Of a DNA stretch of 64,000 nt, positions 20,658 through 31,222 are shown one piece after another. The stretch covers positions 14,989 through 78,988 of the forward strand of contig JBGZIN010000044.1 in NCBI GenBank assembly GCA_041848345.1. Reading direction: 5' to 3'. Source of the DNA: Porphyromonas sp. Lineage in GTDB: Bacteria; Bacteroidota; Bacteroidia; Bacteroidales; Porphyromonadaceae. The translations under genes and the position numbers were made by a program. Each line of letters opens with the position of its first letter. The stretch's first letter is position 1. The notes below the pieces were generated by a model. The model worked only from the letters and a program-made list of their open reading frames with translations. It had not been told where the DNA came from and did not search any database.

Positions 20658-20718
20658 GTGGTTAAAGTACCTCGTCTCTATCGTAAAGCGCAGCATCCAC
20701 TCGCTTTCGATGAGGCGA

Positions 20719-21201
20719 CTACTCTTTGGGCAAGTCGCTACCGTCAAAGGCGAAAGGAAGCAATGCTCTACTGTCTTCCAAGACGACAGCTCTTTTTTCT
20801 CCTGCCATAATTACCCGAAAAGGACGAGCAAAACGGCTGCTTACCTCCATAAAAACCTGACGGCAAGCTCCGCAGGGGCTTATTGTCTCCACTCGCTTAT
20901 CCTCGGAAAAAGCAAGCAGTAAAAGTGCCACTACGGGGTCATCGGGATGATGGGCTCCTGCCGAAAACAGAGCCGTGCGCTCGGCACACAATCCCGAGGG
21001 ATAGGCTGCATTTTCTTGATTACTCCCGGTAACAATTGTTCCACTGTCCAACAAAACAGCAACTCCCACCGAAAAACGGCTATAAGGAGCATAGGCTTTG
21101 CGAGCAGCCTCTATGGCACACTTTTCCAAAAGTATCAGTTCTTCCGAAAACTCTTCTCTTGGTATTTCCGTATAGGGGGTGGTAATATGACCTGTTTTCA
21201 T
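20719..21201 (-). CDS. cdd: Cytidine deaminase
   Basis: AYAPYSRFSVG, NQENAAYPSGLCAER and SPCGACRQ. Confidence 0.95.
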   Translation of the reverse strand: MKTGHITTPYTEIPREEFSEELILLEKCAIEAARKAYAPYSRFSVGVAVLLDSGTIVTGSNQENAAYPSGLCAERTALFSAGAHHPDDPVVALLLLAFSEDKRVETISPCGACRQVFMEVSSRFARPFRVIMAGEKRAVVLEDSRALLPFAFDGSDLPKE

Positions 21202-21244
21202 TCAAAAAAAATTAGGGACTGCTCTGAAGAAGAACAAAGTTCCG

Positions 21245-22303
21245 TCAATGCACACCTTGGAATTGTTCCAAAAATCTCTTGTCATTCTCCGAAAAAAGAC
21301 GCAAATCCTTGGCTCTGTATTTGAGGTTAGTAATGCGTTCAATACCCAAACCGAAAGCATAACCACTGTAAACCGAAGAGTCAATTCCCGAAGCCTCCAA
21401 TACATTGGGGTCTACCATACCGCAACCCAAAATTTCTACCCAACCGGTGTGTTTGCAGAAAGAACAGCCCTCTCCTCCACAGATATTGCAAGAGATGTCC
21501 ATCTCCGCCGAAGGCTCGGTGAAGGGGAAATAGCTGGGACGAAGTCTTATTTGGGTATCAGGTCCGAAAAGCTCCCGAGCAAAATAGAACAATACCTCTC
21601 TCAAATCTGAAAAAGACACGTTCTTATCAATATAAAGCCCTTCTATTTGGTGGAAAAAACAGTGCGCACGGGCAGAAATAGCCTCATTGCGATAAACTCG
21701 CCCGGGACAGAGCACTCGAATCGGCGGTCGAGAAGTTTCCATGACACGCACTTGAACCGAGGAGGTGTGCGAACGCAGCACTATATCGGGTTGCTGCTGT
21801 ACAAAAAAAGTGTCCTGCATATCACGAGCAGGATGGTCAGGAGCAAAGTTCAACGCAGAATATACGTGATAATCATCCTCTATTTCAGGACCCAACGCAA
21901 TGCTAAAACCGAGTTTGGAGAATATCTGAGTAATCTCTTGTTTCACCACGGAAAGGGGGTGACGGCTGCCCAAGGCAGTCGGAAAAGAGGTGCGCGAGAG
22001 GTCTTCTCGAAGCATTTCTTCCTTCACAGACAAGGTATCTCGGAGAGAATTGATCCGATCCATCGCTTTTTGTTTCAGCTCATTGAGCAAAGCTCCTATG
22101 GTCGGTTTTTCCTCTTTGGGCACATTACGAAACTCCTCTACAAGAGCTTGCACTTTGCCCTTTTTGCTAAGATACTCTATCCGTAAAGCCTCGACTTCCT
22201 CTAAATGCTGGGCTTTCAACTCCTCCACTTCGGCTATTATGCCACGTACTTTCTCGATTAAAGACACCGGTATGCTCTCTACTTGAAAAATTTCACTCAA
22301 CAC
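21245..22303 (-). CDS. pheS: Phenylalanine--tRNA ligase alpha subunit; start uncertain (GTG 22303 or GTG 22267, no ATG nearby)
   Basis: HPARDMQDTF, LRSHTS, PGRVYR, FFHQIEG, RPSYFPFTEPS and GFAFG-like GYAFGLG. Confidence 0.96.
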   Translation of the reverse strand: MLSEIFQVESIPVSLIEKVRGIIAEVEELKAQHLEEVEALRIEYLSKKGKVQALVEEFRNVPKEEKPTIGALLNELKQKAMDRINSLRDTLSVKEEMLREDLSRTSFPTALGSRHPLSVVKQEITQIFSKLGFSIALGPEIEDDYHVYSALNFAPDHPARDMQDTFFVQQQPDIVLRSHTSSVQVRVMETSRPPIRVLCPGRVYRNEAISARAHCFFHQIEGLYIDKNVSFSDLREVLFYFARELFGPDTQIRLRPSYFPFTEPSAEMDISCNICGGEGCSFCKHTGWVEILGCGMVDPNVLEASGIDSSVYSGYAFGLGIERITNLKYRAKDLRLFSENDKRFLEQFQGVH

Positions 22304-22405
22304 CCTTCCTCATGCCTTTCATGAAAAAGGGATTTTTGTTATTCAAACCCCACGAAAAGGGGCATTTCTCGGACAATGTCCAAGCGATATACTGCTTAAC
22401 AGAGC

Positions 22406-22446
22406 CGAGAGGAACTTGATTGATATTTCTACTCAAGCCCCTCTCG
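22406..22446 (-). terminator. Long hairpin immediately 3' of gap (terminator or mRNA-stabilising stem)
   Basis: CGAGAGG..CTTGA / TCAAG..CCTCTCG; no clear U-tract. Confidence 0.5.
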
Positions 22447-22458
22447 ATCCTTTAGTGG

Positions 22459-23493
<1,035 letters not shown>

Positions 23494-23640
23494 TTAATAA
23501 TCGCATACCCTCTCACACAGAAAAACACGCACCATCAATCCTTCTTCTGTGCCTCAAGAGAAGAGGGGGCAACGTCCCATTATCAAGGGAAAACCAACCC
23601 CGAGAAGCGAATTTGATCAGTGTTCTTCCTATGAAGTTGC

Positions 23641-23650
23641 CACAAAGGTA
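23641..23650 (-). promoter_or_regulatory. -7 promoter element (TACCTTTGTG) for gap
   Basis: TAnnTTTG about 180 nt upstream of the gap ATG. Confidence 0.6.
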
Positions 23651-23899
23651 GCCAAGATTATTGAATTGACCATACTTTAGCGAGATGAAGATAGAGGGCG
23701 ATGGGGTGCCTCTTTCGTTTTTGCTTATCGACAAATCGAAAGCTGCTCTCCGAGAGGAGCATGCCCGAGAGAAACTGAAAGAAAATCTCTTTCTATCGCT
23801 CAGAAAGAAAACCTATTTTTCCTCCCCACTCCCCTCTTTGTTCGCAACAAAATGAGGCTAAGGAAGGGAATAATGCTCAAAATGAGTTCATTGAAGCAC

Positions 23900-23988
23900 A
23901 AAATTTGAATGCATACAAATATCAAATTGAATGCATACAAATTCGAGTTTGAATGCATAGAAATCTGAGATTGTATGCATCAAAAAAA
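23900..23988. repeat. 22-bp-period palindromic-core array, locus 2 (4 units)
   Basis: Cores TTGAATGCATACAA (23905, 23927), TTGAATGCATAGAA (23949) and TTGTATGCATCAAA (23971); 8-nt variable spacers. Confidence 0.92.
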
Positions 23989-24081
23989 ATGAGCCTACCC
24001 CAACAGTGTCATAACATAGCTTTCTATCCCTTTTTAGACACATCTACGGGAAACAAATTTGAATTATGCTCTTCTTTTAAG

Positions 24082-24091
24082 TACCTTTGCG
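24082..24091 (+). promoter_or_regulatory. -7 promoter element (TACCTTTGCG) for leuS
   Basis: TAnnTTTG about 195 nt upstream of the leuS ATG. Confidence 0.6.
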
Positions 24092-24285
24092 TGCGATTTT
24101 TGAACCACAAGCCTATAATAAGGAGTGGCATTGGGTTATCTCCCTATCCTCTATGCGCACAAAGCAGAGAATTGAGAGAGGGGGTGATGGGCAAAAAGCA
24201 CGCACCGATAAAGTATTGTTGCCTTTGGAAGTCGTGTTTTATTGAGAGCAAAAATCATTGTTAAAACAGACAATATACGATCCCT

Positions 24286-27069
24286 ATGGAATATAAGTTT
24301 TCCGATATAGAAGCCCAAATACAGGCTTTTTGGCGTCAAAAAGAGATCTACAAAGTAACAGAACACTCGGGACGCCCTCCTTTTTATGTGTTGGATATGT
24401 TTCCCTACCCTTCCGGAGCCGGATTGCACGTGGGGCATCCATTGGGCTATATCGCCTCAGACATTTTCTCTCGCTACAAAAGATTGCAAGGCTTTGAGGT
24501 ATTGCACCCCATGGGCTACGATGCTTTCGGACTGCCTGCCGAGCAATATGCCATACAGACGGGACAGCACCCCGAAATAACCACCGATATAAACATCAAT
24601 CGTTATCGGGAGCAACTTGAGAAAATCGGCTTTAGCTACGATTGGAGTAGAGAGTTTCGCACTTGCGATCCCAATTATTACAAGTGGACTCAGTGGGTAT
24701 TTGCCCGACTTTTCGAGAGTTTCTACGATACCTCTCTGCAAAAAGCACGCCCCATAGAGGCTTTGATAGCTCATTTTGAAGAAAACGGTAGCGAGGGTGT
24801 TACCGCCGCATGCAGTGATATACCTGCGTTTTCGGCTCAAGAGTGGAGAGCCTATTCGCCACAAGAGCAAAGCGACGTCTTGATGAATTTTCGCTTGGCA
24901 TACCTGGGAGAGTCCATTGTAAACTGGTGCCCTGCATTGGGAACCGTACTTGCCAATGATGAAGTAAGCGAGGGTTTGAGCATTCGTGGCGGACATCCCG
25001 TGGAACAACGTAAGATGAAACAATGGTGTTTGCGCATATCTGCCTATGCCGAACGTCTGCTTAAAAGTTTGGAAACCCTGGAGTGGACCGAGTCTTTGAA
25101 GGAGACGCAACGCAACTGGATCGGACGCTCAGAGGGAGCCGAAGTGAACTTCTATCTCCCCTCCATTGAGGAAAATCTTACTGTGTTCACCACTCGCCCC
25201 GATACCATTTATGGGGTTTCTTTCATCGTTTTGGCACCTGAAAGCGACCTCGTAGAGCGCATCGTACAATCGGAATACAAGGAAGCTGTCTCTGCTTATC
25301 TCTCTGCATCCAAGCGCAAAACAGAGCGAGAGCGTATGGCGGAACGCAAAGTAACAGGGGTATTTACAGGAGCTTACGCTCTACATCCCATCACCCGAGA
25401 ACTTATCCCCATTTGGATTGGCGACTACGTTTTGGCCGGATATGGAACAGGGGCTATTATGGCTGTTCCTGCACACGATACGCGTGATTTTGCTTTCGCT
25501 CGTCATTTCCACCTACCCATTGTACAGGTTGTTGTACCCGAGGGTGAGGAGGTAAGTGACCCTGCCACTTGGCAAGAGGCAAAACCCGGCAAAGCGGGAC
25601 ACATGGTCAATTCGCCTTTGCTAAATGATCTTTCCGTAAAGGAAGCGATCGTGCGAATGAATCACCATATCAAAGAGCAACGCTTGGGACATGTAAAGGT
25701 TAATTACCGACTACGCGATGCCACATTTAGTCGCCAACGTTATTGGGGAGAACCTTTTCCCATATATTACAAAGAGGGTATCCCCACTCTGCTTACCGAT
25801 GATCAATTGCCCCTCTGCTTGCCCGCAGTTGATTCGTTCCTTCCCACAGAGAGTGGAGAGCCGCCTTTGGGAAGAGCAGCCCATTGGCACACAGCCGACG
25901 GATATCCTTACGAACTGAGCACCATGCCCGGCTTTGCAGGTAGTAGTGCCTACTATCTTCGTTACATGGATCCGCACAACGAACACGAGCTTGTCAGCAA
26001 GGAAAAGAATGAATACTGGCGCCAAGTGGATCTGTATATAGGCGGTACCGAACATGCCACAGGGCACTTGATATACAGCCGATTTTGGAATAAATTCCTT
26101 TTCGATTTGGGTATCGTCTGTGAAGACGAACCATTCCGTAAGTTGGTTAATCAGGGGATGATACAAGGACGCTCCAATTTTGTTTACCGCATAAAAGAGA
26201 GCAATACCTTCGTCACACTCAGTAAAAAAGATGCTTACGACACCACCGCCATTCACGTGGATGTAAACATTGTACACAATGACCTCCTCGATTTGGAGGC
26301 TTTCCGCAAATGGCGCCCCGAGTTTGCTACTGCCGAATTTATTTTGGAAGAAAATGAAACGTATGTCTGTGGCTGGGCTGTGGAAAAAATGAGCAAATCG
26401 ATGTTCAACGTGGTCAATCCCGATGACATTGTTCGTTCCTACGGTGCAGATACACTCCGCCTTTACGAAATGTTTTTAGGTCCCCTCGAACAAAGCAAAC
26501 CTTGGGATACAAAGGGAATAGACGGCGTGCATCGCTTCCTCAAAAAATTGCTCACCCTCTTCTACAAAGACGAGGAGTGGCGCGTCAGCGACAGCCAACC
26601 CAGTAACGAAGAGCTCCGCTCACTGCACAAACTTATTCGCAAAGTCGGACAAGACATTGAGCAGTTTTCGTTCAATACTTCCGTGGCTGCCTTTATGATT
26701 TGTGTGGGAGAATTGCAACAATTAAAGACCTCTTCAAAGGCGATTTTAGAACCTCTTTTGATCACTCTTTCGCCTTTTGCTCCTCACTTGACAGAGTTTC
26801 TATACCAACAGCTGAACGGAACGGACAGCTCGATTGTAACGGCAGCTTGGCCCCAATTTGATGAGAAATATCTCGTCGAAGACTCGGTCAAATATCCCGT
26901 AAGTTTCAACGGAAAGGTACGCTTTACCCTTACTCTGCCTGCGGATATGCCCAAAGAAGAGGTGGAGAAAGCAGCCTTGGAGGCTCCCGATACCGAGAAA
27001 TGGCTGGAAAACAAGCCATTGAAAAAGGTGATTGTGGTACCGGGACGAATAGTGAATATCGTTTTTTGA
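24286..27069 (+). CDS. leuS: Leucine--tRNA ligase
   Basis: [13 protein letters not shown] (HIGH), CP1 editing FTTRPDT, GGTEHA and KMSKS. Confidence 0.98.
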   Translation: MEYKFSDIEAQIQAFWRQKEIYKVTEHSGRPPFYVLDMFPYPSGAGLHVGHPLGYIASDIFSRYKRLQGFEVLHPMGYDAFGLPAEQYAIQTGQHPEITTDININRYREQLEKIGFSYDWSREFRTCDPNYYKWTQWVFARLFESFYDTSLQKARPIEALIAHFEENGSEGVTAACSDIPAFSAQEWRAYSPQEQSDVLMNFRLAYLGESIVNWCPALGTVLANDEVSEGLSIRGGHPVEQRKMKQWCLRISAYAERLLKSLETLEWTESLKETQRNWIGRSEGAEVNFYLPSIEENLTVFTTRPDTIYGVSFIVLAPESDLVERIVQSEYKEAVSAYLSASKRKTERERMAERKVTGVFTGAYALHPITRELIPIWIGDYVLAGYGTGAIMAVPAHDTRDFAFARHFHLPIVQVVVPEGEEVSDPATWQEAKPGKAGHMVNSPLLNDLSVKEAIVRMNHHIKEQRLGHVKVNYRLRDATFSRQRYWGEPFPIYYKEGIPTLLTDDQLPLCLPAVDSFLPTESGEPPLGRAAHWHTADGYPYELSTMPGFAGSSAYYLRYMDPHNEHELVSKEKNEYWRQVDLYIGGTEHATGHLIYSRFWNKFLFDLGIVCEDEPFRKLVNQGMIQGRSNFVYRIKESNTFVTLSKKDAYDTTAIHVDVNIVHNDLLDLEAFRKWRPEFATAEFILEENETYVCGWAVEKMSKSMFNVVNPDDIVRSYGADTLRLYEMFLGPLEQSKPWDTKGIDGVHRFLKKLLTLFYKDEEWRVSDSQPSNEELRSLHKLIRKVGQDIEQFSFNTSVAAFMICVGELQQLKTSSKAILEPLLITLSPFAPHLTEFLYQQLNGTDSSIVTAAWPQFDEKYLVEDSVKYPVSFNGKVRFTLTLPADMPKEEVEKAALEAPDTEKWLENKPLKKVIVVPGRIVNIVF

Positions 27070-27106
27070 AATATAGTTTACTTCTTATTTAATAAGCATT
27101 TATCGT

Positions 27107-28102
27107 ATGTCACACACTGCAATGATGCAACCAGCATCACGTAAGAACAAATCTTTGGTATTCGCTAAAGAGCTTCTTACCATGTTTTTAGGAGTTCTCT
27201 GTTATACGCTTGGCTGGACTGCTTTTATTCTCGCACAGGAAATTACCTCGGGAGGTTTGGCAGGTATCACCACCGTTATTCAGATTGCAACAGACATTCC
27301 TGCAACCATTCCCTATAACATCATCAACGTAGGGCTATTGGTATTGGCACTCGTTTTCTTGGGTTGGAAGTTCACCATACACACAGCTATCGGTGTGGGG
27401 ATGATATTCTTTACCTTTCCGGTGGGACAAGCCCTCTTCACCTCGGCAGACTCCGAAGTGTATACCAAAATCTGGCCCTGGTTGCGAGAATTGGTTCCCA
27501 ATGTAGGTCCTCTATTAAGTGCCGAAGAACCTTTTCTTGCTCTCGTTTTGGGCTCCATGCTTTGCGGATTAGGATTGGGACTGGTCTTCTCCGTAAATGG
27601 CTCTACCGGAGGTACTGATGTTATTGTCGCCATTATCAATAAATATAAAAATATCTCCTTGGGACGTGCCATGCTGATGGTAGATGCCGTTATTGTGGTA
27701 AGTGGATGCCTTGTCAGCCACTACGTTAAGGGCTTGCCTTGGACTGAGGCTTTGGGTAAATTGGCATACTCTTTTGTGGAGGTCATTATCGTGGCTCAAA
27801 CCATGGACTTCTTCCTGAACAGCAACAAGCAAAGCATTCAGTTCTTCATCAACAGTCTCAAATATGAAGAAATCAACGATGCCATTATCAACAGACTCAA
27901 CAGAGGTTGTACCATCATCGAAGCTCAAGGGGGATACAGCAAAAATCCGGCTAAAATCCTTATGGTTGTAATGCGTAAAAACATGCGCAAACAGCTGATG
28001 GATATAGTACGTGAAATCGATCCCAAGGCTTTCGTTTCCGAGGGTATTGTACATGGTGTTTATGGAGAGGGATTCGATGCAATGAAAAAGGAGAACAAAT
28101 AG
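27107..28102 (+). CDS. YitT family membrane protein (DUF161/DUF2179)
   Basis: ITSGGLAGI, NGSTGGTDVI, RGCTII..GGYS and IDPKAFV. Confidence 0.9.
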   Translation: MSHTAMMQPASRKNKSLVFAKELLTMFLGVLCYTLGWTAFILAQEITSGGLAGITTVIQIATDIPATIPYNIINVGLLVLALVFLGWKFTIHTAIGVGMIFFTFPVGQALFTSADSEVYTKIWPWLRELVPNVGPLLSAEEPFLALVLGSMLCGLGLGLVFSVNGSTGGTDVIVAIINKYKNISLGRAMLMVDAVIVVSGCLVSHYVKGLPWTEALGKLAYSFVEVIIVAQTMDFFLNSNKQSIQFFINSLKYEEINDAIINRLNRGCTIIEAQGGYSKNPAKILMVVMRKNMRKQLMDIVREIDPKAFVSEGIVHGVYGEGFDAMKKENK

Positions 28103-28136
28103 TTTTGTCCTCCCATAAAAACTGCTTGTGCCAAGC

Positions 28137-28511
28137 ATGAAGCAATCAACCCTGAAATATGGAGCAGTGGGACTGGTCTTCGTAGCCATCCTGCTGCTCT
28201 ATTTCTTTAATCCTGAAGTCTATCCCATTTATCCCAAATGCCCATTCCTGACCATAACAGGTTATAAATGCCCCGGTTGTGGCTCTCTCAGATTTGTCCA
28301 TTCTTTGCTGCATGGGGACCTTGTCGGAGCCTGGCATTATAATCCCTTATTGTTGGGAGCACTCCCCTTTCTGCTCCTTTTATTCTATGTGAGCATCGCA
28401 CGAAAAACGCAAAAATGGGCTGAACAGTGGTACCTCGCTTTCAATTCAAAAATAAGTATTTCCCTACTCACGATAATAATTATCATTTGGTGGGTGGGAC
28501 GCAATCTCTGA
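28137..28511 (+). CDS. DUF2752-like membrane protein
   Basis: CPFLTITGYKCPGCG motif and AWHYNPL flanked by TM segments. Confidence 0.8.
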   Translation: MKQSTLKYGAVGLVFVAILLLYFFNPEVYPIYPKCPFLTITGYKCPGCGSLRFVHSLLHGDLVGAWHYNPLLLGALPFLLLLFYVSIARKTQKWAEQWYLAFNSKISISLLTIIIIIWWVGRNL

Positions 28512-28548
28512 AAAAAAAGGAAGATATATATCCTTGTATATCCTGTTA

Positions 28549-30822
28549 TTAAGCGATATGCACGGAATGTATTCCGGAGAGGATTTCTATTTTATTGCGC
28601 AGGGCATTTAGATGAGGGCGCAGAGCTTGTACTGTAAACTCCCCATACATCAGAGCCTCACTCGGCTGTACGTTATAGGATAAAAGACGTACACCCACAG
28701 AGTGGTTAAAAAGAGAGATTATGCGGGACACCAATTCCACACTATTTATACCCTCTATGTGAACATGGGCTTTGGTTTCATTCCCCCCCAAGCCATTCCA
28801 TTGTGCCGGCAATATCTTCTCAGGATTATTCTCAATCATATTAGGCATATTGGGGCAAGAAGATCGGTGAATACGTATCCCAGTTCGAGTGGGATAAGCA
28901 ACTATGGAGTCGCCATATTGAGGGTTACAACAGCGTGCCAATACATAATCCAAACCTTTGATATTGGCATCCACTATAACAACGGATCCATCTCCTTTGC
29001 CCGTAATCGTATTGTCTCTATTTGCATCATCTCCGGTTTTAACCTCTTCGTAAGTTAAAGGAGCTTCAAGTCTCTGGTGTACAGCCTGCACATCCAATGG
29101 GCTGTTTTGCGCTTCATACTCTCTCTCGTATTCACCCAAGAAGGCAACTATATCTATCTTTTCTTCACCAACATCTACGTAAAAATCCTTTGACGAAGCA
29201 TATCCCCAACGATAAATCAACTGTAAAAAGATACGCTCGTTATAAATCAACTTTCTGTTCCGAAAGCGTCGCTCCAACAATTCTTTTGCAACGGCAACCC
29301 CTTTTTCGGTCCTCTCACGTATCTTTCTACGTATATGTGCCTTGGCAGAAGTTGATACCACAAATTGCAACCAATCTTCTCTCGGATACTGATTTTTACT
29401 TGTTAAGATATTGACGGTATCTCCGTTGTGCAACTCTGCACGCAGGGAAGCATTACGCCCATTGACAATAGCTGAAACTGCCCGACTGCCCACATTGCCG
29501 TGAATTGCAAAAGCAAAATCGAGTACTGTTGCCCCTATCGGTAGTTTTTTAAGTTCTCCTTGAGGAGTAAAAACAAAAATACTTTCCGTAGCTCTCAAGC
29601 GATATTTATCATCGGATGATTGAGTTTCATCGGGAGATTTCTCGAGAAAACTGCGTACCGAAGTGAGCGAACTGTCGAATTGTTTCTCACTTTTAAGTCC
29701 TTTGTAGCGCCAATGTGCCGCCACACCTCGCTCTGCCACTTCGTCCATCCGAACAGTGCGTATCTGCACTTCTATAAAACGCCCTTGCGGTCCTTTCACC
29801 GTTATTTGTAAGGACTCATATCCATTGTCTTTGGGATGAGTAATCCAATCTCTCAAACGCTTAATGTCCGGTTCAAAAGCGTCTGTTACCACGGAATAGA
29901 CATACCAGCAGGCTTCCAACTCCATTCTCAGAGGGACATCCAATATGATGCGGATGGCCGTTAAATCGAATATGTTGTCGAAATCAACCCCCTTAGACTT
30001 GATCTTATTGTGTATGGAATAAATAGATTTTGTACGCGCTTTTATGGAATATTTCCAACGGGCTGCCTTGCTGGAAGCAAGACGTTTTTTCAGAAGATCC
30101 AAAAAATTGTTCAGGTATTTCTCTCTATTGGCTTTTGTTTCTCCCAACTTATTCTTAATCCAATAAAAAGAGTCCGGATCTGTGTACTTGAGCAACAAAT
30201 CTTCTAACTCTCCTTTTATTGCATAAAGCCCCAATTTGTGGACAAGGGGCAAAAAATAGTTTCCAACTTCGAGAGCTTGCTCCCTCCTTTTTTCCTCCGG
30301 AAGAAAGTCTTTTGCCGTGCGCATTTGATACAACCTATCTGCTATGATGAGCAACAGAACCCGAGCATCCTCTGCCACAGAGAGCAACAATTCTCTAAAA
30401 AGATCCCCTTCCAACGAAGAGCGACGCATATATATCTTCTCCGTTTGAAACATTTTCTCAATTAGGTCCGCCGTACTTTTGGATGTAATATGCTCAATCT
30501 CTTGCAGAGTATAAAAGCCTTTATGTACCGCTCGATAGAAGATGATAGCCGATACCGAAATCGAACTTAGCCCCAATTCCTCTACTGCAATCAAAGCTGT
30601 CTCCAAGTGTCGTAACAGACCATTATATCCAAACTCGTCTCTTGACCAACATCCATCGAGTAGTAATTTGGTCAGTAACGAACGATAGAGACGATAATCA
30701 TATTTCAAATGCCCACACGCCTTTAAGCGAGTATATACAACCAGCAAACGTTTCTTTTCTTCTTCGGAAAAGAAATCATGCTCTTGTTGATACATTTGAG
30801 GCTCTCGGCTAACCATTGACAA
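28549..30822 (-). CDS. Long RelA/SpoT homologue ((p)ppGpp synthetase, TGS and ACT-like domains) with a degenerate HD hydrolase domain
   Basis: RTKSIYSI..K, DLTAIRII, DWITHPKDNGYES, EVQIRT, AAHWRYK and TGS FVFTPQG..VLDFAF. Confidence 0.92.
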   Translation of the reverse strand: MSMVSREPQMYQQEHDFFSEEEKKRLLVVYTRLKACGHLKYDYRLYRSLLTKLLLDGCWSRDEFGYNGLLRHLETALIAVEELGLSSISVSAIIFYRAVHKGFYTLQEIEHITSKSTADLIEKMFQTEKIYMRRSSLEGDLFRELLLSVAEDARVLLLIIADRLYQMRTAKDFLPEEKRREQALEVGNYFLPLVHKLGLYAIKGELEDLLLKYTDPDSFYWIKNKLGETKANREKYLNNFLDLLKKRLASSKAARWKYSIKARTKSIYSIHNKIKSKGVDFDNIFDLTAIRIILDVPLRMELEACWYVYSVVTDAFEPDIKRLRDWITHPKDNGYESLQITVKGPQGRFIEVQIRTVRMDEVAERGVAAHWRYKGLKSEKQFDSSLTSVRSFLEKSPDETQSSDDKYRLRATESIFVFTPQGELKKLPIGATVLDFAFAIHGNVGSRAVSAIVNGRNASLRAELHNGDTVNILTSKNQYPREDWLQFVVSTSAKAHIRRKIRERTEKGVAVAKELLERRFRNRKLIYNERIFLQLIYRWGYASSKDFYVDVGEEKIDIVAFLGEYEREYEAQNSPLDVQAVHQRLEAPLTYEEVKTGDDANRDNTITGKGDGSVVIVDANIKGLDYVLARCCNPQYGDSIVAYPTRTGIRIHRSSCPNMPNMIENNPEKILPAQWNGLGGNETKAHVHIEGINSVELVSRIISLFNHSVGVRLLSYNVQPSEALMYGEFTVQALRPHLNALRNKIEILSGIHSVHIA

Positions 30823-30841
30823 TTATTTCTATTACAAGAGA

Positions 30842-31222
30842 TTAAAACTCGTCAAGCTCTTCCAAACCCGCCACCACATAGGGGCGTACCAAATCATGCG
30901 GTTTGAGTACCTCGTCATTCCACTCTATCAAATCTATGTCTATGACTATTATTCCCTCTTCCTCATCATCTTCTTCTCGCCCGATCTCCAGTTCTATCCT
31001 CTTGAGATACTTAAGAAATTCTTCCTGAGGTGACTCGGTTCTTATCACAGCCACAAGATTGAGAAAAGGTTTAGCTCCCTCCGGTAGATCGATAGGATCG
31101 GTTATCTCTGGCGTAGAAAAACGAGCATCGGGATAGTCCGCTTGCAAGCGCCGGATAGCAACACCTATGTTTTGAGTGCGCTCATTATTACTACCAATAC
31201 TTATAATGGCTTTATTTGTCAT
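30842..31222 (-). CDS. folK: Short FolK/HPPK-like protein
   Basis: ISIGSN, FLNLV, LKRIE..GR and IDIDLI; the Arg-rich loop is replaced by acidic residues. Confidence 0.65.
   Translation of the reverse strand: MTNKAIISIGSNNERTQNIGVAIRRLQADYPDARFSTPEITDPIDLPEGAKPFLNLVAVIRTESPQEEFLKYLKRIELEIGREEDDEEEGIIVIDIDLIEWNDEVLKPHDLVRPYVVAGLEELDEF

Noticed and set aside
24092-24285. T-box or Leu-sensing leader before leuS
   Set aside because: There is no T-box consensus, and the only short ORF (MGKKHAPIKYCCLW...) has a single Leu codon and a poor initiation context.
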